Shown here in pieces: positions 54,952 through 63,487 of a stretch of DNA of 64,000 nucleotides; positions within the stretch are counted from its first letter, which is position 1, and each line of letters starts with the position of its first letter. The notes beneath the pieces are model-generated. The model was not told the DNA's origin and did not search any database. It was given only the letters and a program-made list of their open reading frames with translations. This DNA comes from a virus: the IMG/VR virus record IMGVR_UViG_3300046674_000362, positions 1-64,000 of that record; one strand, 5' to 3'. The position numbers were made by a program, and so were the translations under genes.

Positions 54952-55479
54952 ATGCGAAACATGGAAATGAAGGTATTCAATGGCTGGACGATGAAGAACG
55001 GCAAGCAGGTGGCCGTCATCGTGGCGGCGTCATCGCAGCGCAAGGCTTCCGCCGCCCTGGCGGAATTCGGCATCGACGCGAGCGTGCGGGCCATCCAATC
55101 GTACTGGGCCATCACCGGCAACAAGAAACACTGCGAGGTGGCGCTGGCCGTGCCTGGGCAGGCATTCGCCGCCAGCTCGCTCGACAGCGATGACTACAAG
55201 CCGCTGCCGCGCAAGCCGCTGGCGAAGGTGCCGCAATTGCCGAAAACCCCGACGGACCCGGAGGGCAAGCGCCTGTATGACAAAAACCGCCGCGAGGCAT
55301 CGGACAAGAACAAGCGCGAGCGCGGCGAGAGGCGCATTAGCTCGTGGCTTCCGCCCGAGGCCGCCGCAGCGCTCGACCGGCTGACGGGCGGGGATGAGTC
55401 GCGCGGCGCGGTGCGCGCGGCGCTGGTGCTGGCGCTGACCACCTGCGCGGCCACCCAGGAAGCACAGAAGGCCGCATAG
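54952..55479 (+). CDS. Hypothetical protein with basic, RHH-like C-terminus (candidate regulator)
   Basis: KRERGERRISSWLPPEAAAALDRL...AVRAALVLAL. Confidence 0.65.
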   Translation: MRNMEMKVFNGWTMKNGKQVAVIVAASSQRKASAALAEFGIDASVRAIQSYWAITGNKKHCEVALAVPGQAFAASSLDSDDYKPLPRKPLAKVPQLPKTPTDPEGKRLYDKNRREASDKNKRERGERRISSWLPPEAAAALDRLTGGDESRGAVRAALVLALTTCAATQEAQKAA

Positions 55480-55481
55480 CC

Positions 55482-55790
55482 ATGAGCCGCGATCTGTTCC
55501 AGGGCACCACGACAGCGGCGGCAGGGACCGTCGCGCCCCAGCAGCTCGATCTGATCGGGCTCGCAGAGGCGATTGAGGCCGTGAACCGGCAATGTGAGCG
55601 GCAGGCGAGGGCGCTGCGCGAACTGTTCGCCGAGCACGGCTATGACCTTGCGAACGGGGATGTGCTGTACCACGCGCCGGACGTGGCGCTCGACGTGCCG
55701 CCGCGCTACCGCGCCCAGGTCCAGCCGAGCCCGCTGGTGCCATCCGGGCAGATCGTCTTTACCAAAAACCCCCGTTTTTCGCTGTTCTAG
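55482..55790 (+). CDS. Hypothetical protein, last gene of the early cassette
   Basis: Its stop overlaps the stop of the convergent gene. Confidence 0.65.
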   Translation: MSRDLFQGTTTAAAGTVAPQQLDLIGLAEAIEAVNRQCERQARALRELFAEHGYDLANGDVLYHAPDVALDVPPRYRAQVQPSPLVPSGQIVFTKNPRFSLF

Positions 55791-56305
55791 TCGGGCGTCC
55801 ACGGCGCGAGGTCGTGCAGCTCGTCGCGCGGCGCGATCACGAACTTGGTCGTGTAGGGGTAGATCGCGACGCTGCCGGTGACGCCGACGATTTCAAACCC
55901 GATCAGCACCCCGCCGCCCGGCATCACGCCCACCAGATCACCCTTCTGCGGGTCCGGGCCGGGCTGCTTCACCCCATCCACCTCCACGTCCAGGCACACG
56001 ATCTGCGCCTCCTGCATCGGCTCGCTGGGCACGATGGCGTCGCCCCGGTCGGTCATATCCGCGCCGCCATCGTAGCGGCTGGTGATGAGGATGCGACCCA
56101 TCCCGAGCTGGGTGTACTCGAACTCGGGCTCGTCCTCGTTCTTCAGCACGCCCAGGCCGCCGAGGGTCGGCAGGCCGCCCATAGTCTCGTCGGCCGTGCG
56201 CTTGAGCACCTTCCGGTACACCACGCAATCCATTGAGTTCGGGTGCTTCAGCGTCACTGTGCGCGCCGCCTGCATGATCCTGATAGGTACTTGGGTGATC
56301 GTCAT
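55787..56305 (-). CDS. P1-like neck/head-completion protein
   Basis: HPNSMDCVVYRK...PTLGG.GVL..EDE..FEY; late operon position. Confidence 0.55.
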   Translation of the reverse strand: MTITQVPIRIMQAARTVTLKHPNSMDCVVYRKVLKRTADETMGGLPTLGGLGVLKNEDEPEFEYTQLGMGRILITSRYDGGADMTDRGDAIVPSEPMQEAQIVCLDVEVDGVKQPGPDPQKGDLVGVMPGGGVLIGFEIVGVTGSVAIYPYTTKFVIAPRDELHDLAPWTPD

Positions 56306-57336
56306 TTCTTGCTCGCTGCCTTTACGATTTGGTCAAACTGCGCCTGTGTGATCGCGCCCAGCTCCAGCAGGGAACGCGCATGCCGCTCCACCTGCCGCAT
56401 TGCCGCCGTGGGCTTTGCCGCGTCCGTAGCGGCCTTCTTCATATCACGCTTGGCCTTGGCGCGCGCCGCGATTTCCTTCTTCTCGGCGCTGCTTTTCAGG
56501 TTGGTGCTGGAGGTCCGCTTGCTCGACTGCGCCTCGGCCATCTGGCGCAGCTCCGCGACCTTCGTTTTCTCGGCCTTGATCTGCGAGCGGTCCAGCGTGT
56601 CGCGCGCCTTCAGCACCGCCTGGGCGATCTTGAGCTGCACCGCCGAGTCTTTCAGGACGACGTGCATGGTGCGCAGGACGTGCTTGCACGCGACGCCTAC
56701 CAGATTCGGGTTCCTGATCTTCGGGAAGCCGGTTTCGTTGCGCCCGGCGTTGTACTTGCCGATGGTCGCCATGTAGCGATACCAGAACGTGTGGCGGCCG
56801 CAGTCGCAGTCGAACGCCAGCCGCCCGCCCGCCACCAGCTTGCCCAGCTTCTTCGGATCGTTCGGCGATGCGCCCACGGCCGCGTCGAAGTCCAGAAACA
56901 AGACTTGGACGTGGTGCCGCGCCACGTCCGAATGCGGCCCGGCGTTGGTGATGAAGTGGACCTTGCCGCCCCGGATCGACGCGGGCACCGCCATGCGGAT
57001 TTCGCTGTTCGCGCGCTGACGGTCGGACGGTAGCGACAGGTCAATCACGCCCTGGGCCGTGATCCCGCCCTTGAACTTGGTCTTGAGGCGCGTGACGTTC
57101 TGCTGGAATGCCCGGATGTCGTCAATGGTGATGGCGCGCAGCTCGCCGCGTAGCGACGTGCTCAGCAGCCGCCCGGCGTCATACTCGCCCGATACCTCGT
57201 TCGGGTTGAGGATCGTGGTGGCGGCCTGCCGCCGCGCCAGATCGAACGCTGCCGCTTCCGCCGCCTCGCGCTTGGTCGAGCCCAGGCGCGCGGTAGCCGC
57301 GCCGATGGTGGCCTTAATTGAGGGCTTCAAAGGCAC
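56302..57336 (-). CDS. SWIM-type Zn-finger morphogenetic protein
   Basis: FDCDCGRH.FWYRY...PKIRNP.L.GVACKH. Confidence 0.7.
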   Translation of the reverse strand: MPLKPSIKATIGAATARLGSTKREAAEAAAFDLARRQAATTILNPNEVSGEYDAGRLLSTSLRGELRAITIDDIRAFQQNVTRLKTKFKGGITAQGVIDLSLPSDRQRANSEIRMAVPASIRGGKVHFITNAGPHSDVARHHVQVLFLDFDAAVGASPNDPKKLGKLVAGGRLAFDCDCGRHTFWYRYMATIGKYNAGRNETGFPKIRNPNLVGVACKHVLRTMHVVLKDSAVQLKIAQAVLKARDTLDRSQIKAEKTKVAELRQMAEAQSSKRTSSTNLKSSAEKKEIAARAKAKRDMKKAATDAAKPTAAMRQVERHARSLLELGAITQAQFDQIVKAASKK

Positions 57337-57634
57337 GTCGTTCCTCGTCCGTCAGATAGCCGGTTTGGCGCTTGATGAGCATGAGCTGGCCGGACGTGGG
57401 CAGCACGAGCTGCTGTTCAGGAATGACCTGTTCCAGCGTGTCGAGCCCGGCCGCCGCGAAGATCGCCATGTACTCGCTGCGGCTGCCGTAGACCCGCTCC
57501 GCGATCAGGGTGATGTCCGTCCGCTCGTCCGGCTTCGTGTAGTAGCGCAGCGCCTCAGCCCAGCCGGGCGTCCTCAACGAGAACGCCCGCACGGCCTTGA
57601 CGAATTCTGCCGTAGCAGTAGGGCTATAAGGCAT
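57314..57634 (-). CDS. Baseplate protein (LysM/tail-X-like)
   Basis: Y.TKPDE..D.TLIAERVYG...IFAAAGL. Confidence 0.65.
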   Translation of the reverse strand: MPYSPTATAEFVKAVRAFSLRTPGWAEALRYYTKPDERTDITLIAERVYGSRSEYMAIFAAAGLDTLEQVIPEQQLVLPTSGQLMLIKRQTGYLTDEERRAFEALN

Positions 57635-57640
57635 TCCAGC

Positions 57641-58072
57641 TTACCCGTAGGTTCGGATGTACAGGTCGCGCGGCATGATGCGCCATGCCTCGACACGGAA
57701 CAGCGGGAATTCAGCCTCGCTGAAAGCCGCCGCAATCAGCTTCGAGCAGAAGTCATAGAATGGCCGCTGCATTTCGATGCGCAGAATGAACGCAACGAGG
57801 CCGAGCCAGTCATACTCCCTGCCGATGTGCTTGCGCGCTGCCGCAAGGACTGCATCGGGGTCCGGGCAGGGCACGTCGATGATTTCCCACTTGCTCGCTG
57901 CACCCTTGAACTCCGCGAGCGTCCGCTTGCCGACCTTTTTGAACATCAGCGCCTCGATCACCTCGTCGCCGTCGATGATGCCGCAGTGGGACCACGGCGA
58001 CCACATCCACGTCCGCAGCAGGACGCTGCCAGGATTGTGTCGGCGGCTGAAAATCAGTTGTACCTTCTTCAT
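57641..58072 (-). CDS. Permuted papain-like (YaeF/YiiX, NlpC/P60) enzyme
   Basis: WSHCGI...VIEA...G.EYDW...FCSKL, with His before Cys. Confidence 0.85.
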   Translation of the reverse strand: MKKVQLIFSRRHNPGSVLLRTWMWSPWSHCGIIDGDEVIEALMFKKVGKRTLAEFKGAASKWEIIDVPCPDPDAVLAAARKHIGREYDWLGLVAFILRIEMQRPFYDFCSKLIAAAFSEAEFPLFRVEAWRIMPRDLYIRTYG

Positions 58073-58089
58073 TCACTCTCCACGATGGA

Positions 58090-58587
58090 TTAAGCAGTAG
58101 CAGCAGGATCGCCCGCGCCTTCAGGGGCCGGTGCCGCAGGCTGCGGCAAGCCCTTGATGTGGCGCTCGTATTCCTCGGTCTGGAGGACAAGCGCTGCGTC
58201 GTACTCGGCCGCAGTGATGAGTGCCTTCGCCACCAGCAGCCCCATCATCCTGGGAAGATCGGGGCGCTTGAGGTCCACGTACTTGCGCGGCAGGAGCAAC
58301 GTCACGAGCCCCTTTACTTCCGGGTCTTCCGAGCTGGTGATGACCAGCGCCTTCTCCCCGAAGCGGTCGAAGAACGGGCCAACATCGACCCAAAAATACT
58401 CTGCTGGCGCGTCATCCCATGTCGCGGGCGGCCCCGATGGGGCAGTGGACCATGCACCATCCACGAAGCGCAGCGGCAGCGCAGCGTTTTCAGGCGGCGG
58501 CACTTGCGTGCTTCCGACTGGCTGCCCCGGACCATCGAACATTCCGGTGACGAACCCGGCTGCGTCAAGAATCCATGCTGGCATCAT
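58090..58587 (-). CDS. Tail-fibre-associated (assembly/chaperone-like) protein
   Basis: GSTQVPPP...LRFVDGAW motif; follows the receptor-binding gene. Confidence 0.55.
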   Translation of the reverse strand: MMPAWILDAAGFVTGMFDGPGQPVGSTQVPPPENAALPLRFVDGAWSTAPSGPPATWDDAPAEYFWVDVGPFFDRFGEKALVITSSEDPEVKGLVTLLLPRKYVDLKRPDLPRMMGLLVAKALITAAEYDAALVLQTEEYERHIKGLPQPAAPAPEGAGDPAATA

Positions 58588-59720
58588 TTCACCCTTACAA
58601 ATTGGCCAGCCGATCCGGGCAGATACATATAGTCGCTTGGCGTCGGGCTGTTGTCGTAGTTTTCAACTGAAGCTGCCACCGAATTGCTAGCGCCCAAGGT
58701 GACAAACAGCCCGGCCCCATATGTGGTTCCGTACCCCGAGATCATATTAAGCCCCCCGTTTTTTCTCATTTTGAAAGTGACGCCATCATTGGAAACGATC
58801 GAATATCCCGAGTATGTACTGTCATTTATGAAAATGATAAGGGTGCCGTCGCCATATATGCAGCCGTTGAACCCGCCAGTGCTTCCGCCGACGTTCTTAC
58901 CTGCCCAGTTGATTCCGTCCGGCGATGTGTAAAACGTAAAGTTTGTAGTGCTCTTGGCACCGACGATGAACTGGCCGAAGGCATATCCAACGAGATTGTT
59001 GGCGGTCATCGTTGCGCCGGGCAACACGCGGGCGGTCCAATTGATGCCGTCGGGCGAAGTTGCTGCACTGGTGCTATCCGAGGCAACGGCAACCCATGTG
59101 CCACCACCATATGCCAAGCCGTTCCAGCTCCCCGTTGCTGGCAGGGTGCGCGGGGTCCAGTTGATGCCGTCCGGCGACGAGTAGCACTGGTTTGTCGTTG
59201 CGGCGTTATTAAAAGCGATGAATTTGCCCCCGCCAAAAGCCAGTGCGCTGGCCGTGGCGACGCCGATGGTTCCGCGCGACACCCAATTAAGGCCATCTGT
59301 GGAAGTGGCAACACCGCCAACACTATTCAAGGCAACGAATACACCATTGCCCCATTTGACGCCGACCCATGTTCCCGAGGCTGGCAGGGCCGCTACATCC
59401 CAGTTCTTGCCGTCGGTGGAGATGAGCGCCTTGCCTTGCCCGCTGGAAGATGACCCGCCTACCACGACAAACATGCCGTTGCCATACTCTGCGGAATTCC
59501 AACCGCCGGTCGCAGAAACTGCGGTGGTGATGGAAAGGCTGACGGCGTTCATGCTGCCGTTGCGCGGGAATGCGGCCGACAGGTCCGGGTAGTCGGAACG
59601 CCTCACGAGTTCGCCAGCGGCTTTGTAAGCATCCCCGGATCGAAAAACCGAGGCCACGGCACCAATTGGCACCTGATTGACCACCACCGAAGCCTGTGTC
59701 TGGCTAAGCGTCCGGCCCAT
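58584..59720 (-). CDS. Putative receptor-binding tail protein with S-x-D-G-x-N-W (Asp-box/BNR) repeats
   Basis: Collar-like RSDYPDL, then five to six S.DG.NW repeats with YG.G.FVA strands. Confidence 0.7.
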   Translation of the reverse strand: MGRTLSQTQASVVVNQVPIGAVASVFRSGDAYKAAGELVRRSDYPDLSAAFPRNGSMNAVSLSITTAVSATGGWNSAEYGNGMFVVVGGSSSSGQGKALISTDGKNWDVAALPASGTWVGVKWGNGVFVALNSVGGVATSTDGLNWVSRGTIGVATASALAFGGGKFIAFNNAATTNQCYSSPDGINWTPRTLPATGSWNGLAYGGGTWVAVASDSTSAATSPDGINWTARVLPGATMTANNLVGYAFGQFIVGAKSTTNFTFYTSPDGINWAGKNVGGSTGGFNGCIYGDGTLIIFINDSTYSGYSIVSNDGVTFKMRKNGGLNMISGYGTTYGAGLFVTLGASNSVAASVENYDNSPTPSDYMYLPGSAGQFVRVK

Positions 59721-60046
59721 TATGCGGCCTCCTCGAAGCCATGAGCGCGAACGGACACATTGCCCGTACTGCTGCGCACGATGATCTTCTCGCCCGGCGA
59801 GCAAACTACGCCGGTACGCTCCAGCACACCACCAGCTTGCAGCGTAGCGTCATATTCGATGTAGTCATCGACTATCGGCGCGGCCCCGACAGAGACAGCC
59901 AGCCGCACCAAGGCATCGCCGGGACCGCGATTACAAAAGCTAATGGTTGCAGTTGCGACCGTTGCGACCGGGGCGGCCGGGGCGGTATAGATCGCGGTAT
60001 CTTGACTGGCCGCGAGCGCGGCCTTTCCGAGTCTGCCTGATGGCAT
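59720..60046 (-). CDS. Small beta-rich tail-fibre adaptor-like protein
   Basis: IYTAPA...ISFCNR...YIEYD..L..GGVLERTG. Confidence 0.6.
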   Translation of the reverse strand: MPSGRLGKAALAASQDTAIYTAPAAPVATVATATISFCNRGPGDALVRLAVSVGAAPIVDDYIEYDATLQAGGVLERTGVVCSPGEKIIVRSSTGNVSVRAHGFEEAA

Positions 60047-60057
60047 AGTGGCTCTCC

Positions 60058-60687
60058 TTAAAGGCTAGTATGGAAAAAGCGCTTGGCGCGGCGGCCCATG
60101 ATTAGGGCGTCTACCTCGGCTTGCGTCATGTATTGGGGGTGAGGGTCGTTCCTCGCCTCATGATCCGTAACCGCAGCGCCGAGTTCGTCGGCGGTAACGT
60201 ACTGCGGGTGAGGGTCTAGATCGGCCTCGTGGGCGAAGATCATGGACTGCATGGCCGCGTCGCCCAGCTCCACCTGCACCGTTACCGAGTCAGCGGGAAG
60301 GGCCGACACGTCGAGCGTGTACGCGATAGGCACGTCATATTCCGCCGACTTGTAGAACAGGTACTTATCGCTGCGGCTCCAGATCGCAACGAGCGTCGCC
60401 CCGGCGTAGAAGCCGATTTCGCCTATCCACTGGTCATTGAGGGGGCGTCCGTCCGGGTCTTGATCCTTGAGGGTGATGCCGACGCGGATCGAGGTCGGGG
60501 ACGCCTTGCCCCCAGCGACAACCGGGAAGCGCGCCAGCTCGTTCGCAAGCGCCGTTTCGTCGCCGGTCGGATCGTACTTTCCCGAGCCGATGGCGATGTC
60601 CGTCAGCGTGAGCTGAAAACCCGGCGTCGGAGACTGCGGGAACAGCGCTAGGCCAGCATGGGTGAACGTTGGGTTAATGGGGACCAT
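60058..60687 (-). CDS. Tail fibre anchor protein (baseplate-attachment domain plus H-x-x-x-x-DPHPQY repeats)
   Basis: T.AGL...IAIGSG.Y.P...ETALANE..R...EIGFY; DPHPQY twice. Start at ATG 60687, downstream of the late promoter. Confidence 0.75.
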   Translation of the reverse strand: MVPINPTFTHAGLALFPQSPTPGFQLTLTDIAIGSGKYDPTGDETALANELARFPVVAGGKASPTSIRVGITLKDQDPDGRPLNDQWIGEIGFYAGATLVAIWSRSDKYLFYKSAEYDVPIAYTLDVSALPADSVTVQVELGDAAMQSMIFAHEADLDPHPQYVTADELGAAVTDHEARNDPHPQYMTQAEVDALIMGRRAKRFFHTSL

Positions 60688-60714
60688 GTTTTGCCCTGAA
60701 TGACTTGGTAGGTC

Positions 60715-60756
60715 ATTCTGCGGCACCGCCCCCGCCGCGCCCGCGCTGGTTTTCCT
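60715..60756 (-). promoter_or_regulatory. Late promoter element for the tail-fibre operon
   Basis: AGGAAAA-N29-CAGAAT. Confidence 0.8.
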
Positions 60757-61216
60757 AGATGGTCAGGAAGAACTCGGCCAGCTCGTCCGAAAAGTCAGTT
60801 GCCGCCTGCGCCTTATACGCGCGGTCGGCAGCGTCCACCAGCGCCAGCACCGCCATGTTGCCGTTCGAGACATCGGGCGACAGGCGATACTTCGAGCCGT
60901 TCTCGTCCAGGCCATTCGCCTCGATCTTGTGTGACGGGTCGAACTTGGTCACGCTGGGCAGCATTTCGATCATGGCGGTCGCCTTCGCGCGGAAGAACAG
61001 CCGGATCGCGCCCTGCAACTTGTCCTCATCGAACAGGCTGTCGCGCTGCTCCGAGCGCGGGTCGTTGGACACGGCAATCGCGCCCTCGACACGCTCGCCG
61101 TAGGCCAGCTCCTTCGCCACGATGAACAGGCCGCTGCCCATATCGAGCGCGCCGAGCACATTTGCGGAGCTGCCGCCGTAGCCGGTTATCTCAGCCTGAA
61201 TGCGCACGGTAATCAT
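60755..61216 (-). CDS. P1-like hypothetical morphogenetic protein
   Basis: Coupled in the late operon (start 61216 overlaps the upstream TGA). Confidence 0.6.
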   Translation of the reverse strand: MITVRIQAEITGYGGSSANVLGALDMGSGLFIVAKELAYGERVEGAIAVSNDPRSEQRDSLFDEDKLQGAIRLFFRAKATAMIEMLPSVTKFDPSHKIEANGLDENGSKYRLSPDVSNGNMAVLALVDAADRAYKAQAATDFSDELAEFFLTI

Positions 61217-61965
61217 GTGACGGTCCACTCCGCTCCATCGGCATTCAAGCCGTCCACCTGCACCACCACCGGATAGCCTGCTGGCGCTGGGTTGCCGTCG
61301 TTCGCCTCGTCCGCCTTGGGCGACATAAACATGGGGATGGATGCCCGGATGCTCATGTCCACCAGCAGGATCGTGAGGTTCTTCTGATCGGCCTTGCCGT
61401 CCACCGCGCCCAGGTCGATTTCCTCCAGCACGGCCGGGAAGTCGTGGCGCTGCCCGGCATACTCATGCCAGTGCTTGAATCGGCGGCCGCCCGGCCCGTT
61501 CGCCCACAGGTGGAACTGCATCGCGAGGCTGTGCGCCGTGTGCGCCTCGGGCGCGATGATGACCACCTGCGCGCGGTATTCATTAACGGACAGACGCACC
61601 TTGAACGTGCGGCCGTAGGGGTCGTCCGGGCTCGCCACGTCGATGGGCGTACCGATGGCCGCGCCGAAGTCGATCATGGCCGGGCTGAAGTCCTTCGCCA
61701 TCCCCACCAGCATCACCGGCAGGAACGAGGACAGGCCCGCCCCGCCGCCTGGGGTGCCGTTCGCCTTCTCGTTGTCATTCTTGCGCCACTCGTCCAGCAT
61801 CGCCTGCACGTCGTCCACCATGCGACCGGGAACCCACACGATTGACTTGGCGAGTCCGCGCTTGACGAATTCCTCCATCGCGGGCGTGTCGGCCGCCAAC
61901 TGGGCGTAGAACTCGCCCAGGTAGGTGCCGAGGGCGATTTCCAGCGGCGTGCGCATGCTGCTCAT
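61213..61965 (-). CDS. P1-like tail-completion/neck protein
   Basis: GRMVDD...EWRKND...LPVMLVGM; ATGA overlap with the protease gene. Confidence 0.55.
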   Translation of the reverse strand: MSSMRTPLEIALGTYLGEFYAQLAADTPAMEEFVKRGLAKSIVWVPGRMVDDVQAMLDEWRKNDNEKANGTPGGGAGLSSFLPVMLVGMAKDFSPAMIDFGAAIGTPIDVASPDDPYGRTFKVRLSVNEYRAQVVIIAPEAHTAHSLAMQFHLWANGPGGRRFKHWHEYAGQRHDFPAVLEEIDLGAVDGKADQKNLTILLVDMSIRASIPMFMSPKADEANDGNPAPAGYPVVVQVDGLNADGAEWTVT

Positions 61966-62807
61966 CGCGGAATTCCCCACTGCTGCATGGCGCGATCCAG
62001 CATCGTGTCGCTGCTGCCCTCATCCGGCAGTGCGCCGAAGCGCGCCAGCGATGCGCCCCTGAACCCGGACGCCGTGGCTGCAAATGCCTGCGTCGCCTGC
62101 TTCGACAGCAGGGCAGGGCGCTGGCCGCCGACGCCATCGAGCACGGTATTGCCGCCGCGCGCGAGCGCCGACATCAGTTCCTCGTTTTCCTCCATGAGCT
62201 TTTGCATGGTCGCCAGCGCCAGCGCGTGATCCGCTTGCAGGCTGTCGTACAGGGTCAGCATCGCCTCATTCCCCTGGGTGAAGTCGTGCATCACGAAATC
62301 GAAGATCGCGCCGTCCTCGCCGCTCTCGCCCGCCACACTGTCGAAGGTATAGCCGCGATTCGTCGTGAAATTCGGCTCCAGCACGTAATCGAAGCCTGCG
62401 AACACGGTAGGGACATCGAGCCCGCCGCGCGGTGCCGCATGAATGGCGCTGGAGAACCCGCCCGCCTTGCTGCGGTGCAGACGCGCGGCAACCTTGCCCG
62501 CCGCAGTGTCGAGGAATTCGGTCTGGTGCTCGATGGTGCCGTCCGGCTCGGCATGCAGGTAGGTCGTGACAATCGCGGGCTCGATCTTGACCACCTTGCC
62601 GCCCACGATGGCCGTTTCGGGCGGGATCAGGCCGAACTTCATGCGCAGCCAGTGCCCGTAGTAGCCGAGCATATCGCGGTTCTTCACGCGCTCCTGAGTC
62701 TCGGGCGAGTTCACGAGTGCCGCCAGGGCGCGCGTGTCGAAATTGCGATCCTTGCCGCGATGCGTGCGCCCGCGCTGGCCGACGTTAAAACGAATAGTTT
62801 CCGGCAT
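61962..62807 (-). CDS. pro: Prohead (maturation) protease, P1 Pro-like
   Basis: GYYGH (His), GGFSSA (Ser), GFDYVLEPNF (Asp); AGGA RBS before ATG 62807; C-terminal coiled coil. Confidence 0.85.
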   Translation of the reverse strand: MPETIRFNVGQRGRTHRGKDRNFDTRALAALVNSPETQERVKNRDMLGYYGHWLRMKFGLIPPETAIVGGKVVKIEPAIVTTYLHAEPDGTIEHQTEFLDTAAGKVAARLHRSKAGGFSSAIHAAPRGGLDVPTVFAGFDYVLEPNFTTNRGYTFDSVAGESGEDGAIFDFVMHDFTQGNEAMLTLYDSLQADHALALATMQKLMEENEELMSALARGGNTVLDGVGGQRPALLSKQATQAFAATASGFRGASLARFGALPDEGSSDTMLDRAMQQWGIPR

Positions 62808-62842
62808 ATCTTTCCTAGTTCGGTTATTGGTCAAAAACCTTG

Positions 62843-63484
62843 TTATGCGCCTGCTGGCATGCGCATTGTTCCCCTCAAATACATCGGCATGACTGCACCG
62901 GCACCGCCCGCCAAGCGCAGACCGTTCGCCATTTCCACGTACAGCACCATTTCCAGCACGAGCCTCGCAGCGAGCGCCGAGCGCAGCGCCTTTTGCATCG
63001 CTACCAGCCCGGTCCCGTCGTCCACTGCGACCGTGACACCAGCCCGGATTCGGCTTGTCAGGAAGTGCGTCGCAGGGTCGCCGTCGGCCGTCTTGTCGTT
63101 CGGGTAGTTGAGCATTGTGGCAATCGGGTGCCAGAGCTGGTCTACGCGCCATTCATTCGGCCATACGGTCTGTAGATACTTCCGCAGGAACAGCATGCCC
63201 CGCTCCGGGTTCCGCGCGCGCCACGCCTTCAGCAGAAAGCGCATTTGCACCGCGTCGCGCCGGATCAGGGCGAGGCCATCGTTCAACAGGCTTCGCTGGA
63301 CCAGCTCATCGCCGCCCAGGTGCGCCATGCCGTACAGATTCAGCGCGCGCTCGCGCTCGCGCACGAGATTGCCGAACACGTTGATGAAAACCTGCTTCAA
63401 CTCGCTTTCAAGCTGGTTTTCCTCGAAGCTCGCGACCAATGGCGCGAGGCTTGGAGGATCGACCGGGATCAGGTTGTTCGACAT
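62843..63484 (-). CDS. Baseplate wedge / tail protein I-like
   Basis: LLKAWRARNPERGMLFLRKYLQ..WP...FLTSRIR; follows the J-like gene. Confidence 0.65.
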   Translation of the reverse strand: MSNNLIPVDPPSLAPLVASFEENQLESELKQVFINVFGNLVRERERALNLYGMAHLGGDELVQRSLLNDGLALIRRDAVQMRFLLKAWRARNPERGMLFLRKYLQTVWPNEWRVDQLWHPIATMLNYPNDKTADGDPATHFLTSRIRAGVTVAVDDGTGLVAMQKALRSALAARLVLEMVLYVEMANGLRLAGGAGAVMPMYLRGTMRMPAGA

Positions 63485-63487
63485 CGC

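Noticed and set aside
58584-59720. Diversity-generating retroelement or invertible tail-fibre switch
   Set aside because: No reverse transcriptase, template/variable repeat pair, invertase or inverted crossover sites seen in the window.
63382-63423. AGGAAAA inside the baseplate gene as a promoter for the protease operon
   Set aside because: The hexamer at +29 is TCATCA, which does not fit NAnnnT; no convincing copy was found directly upstream of pro.
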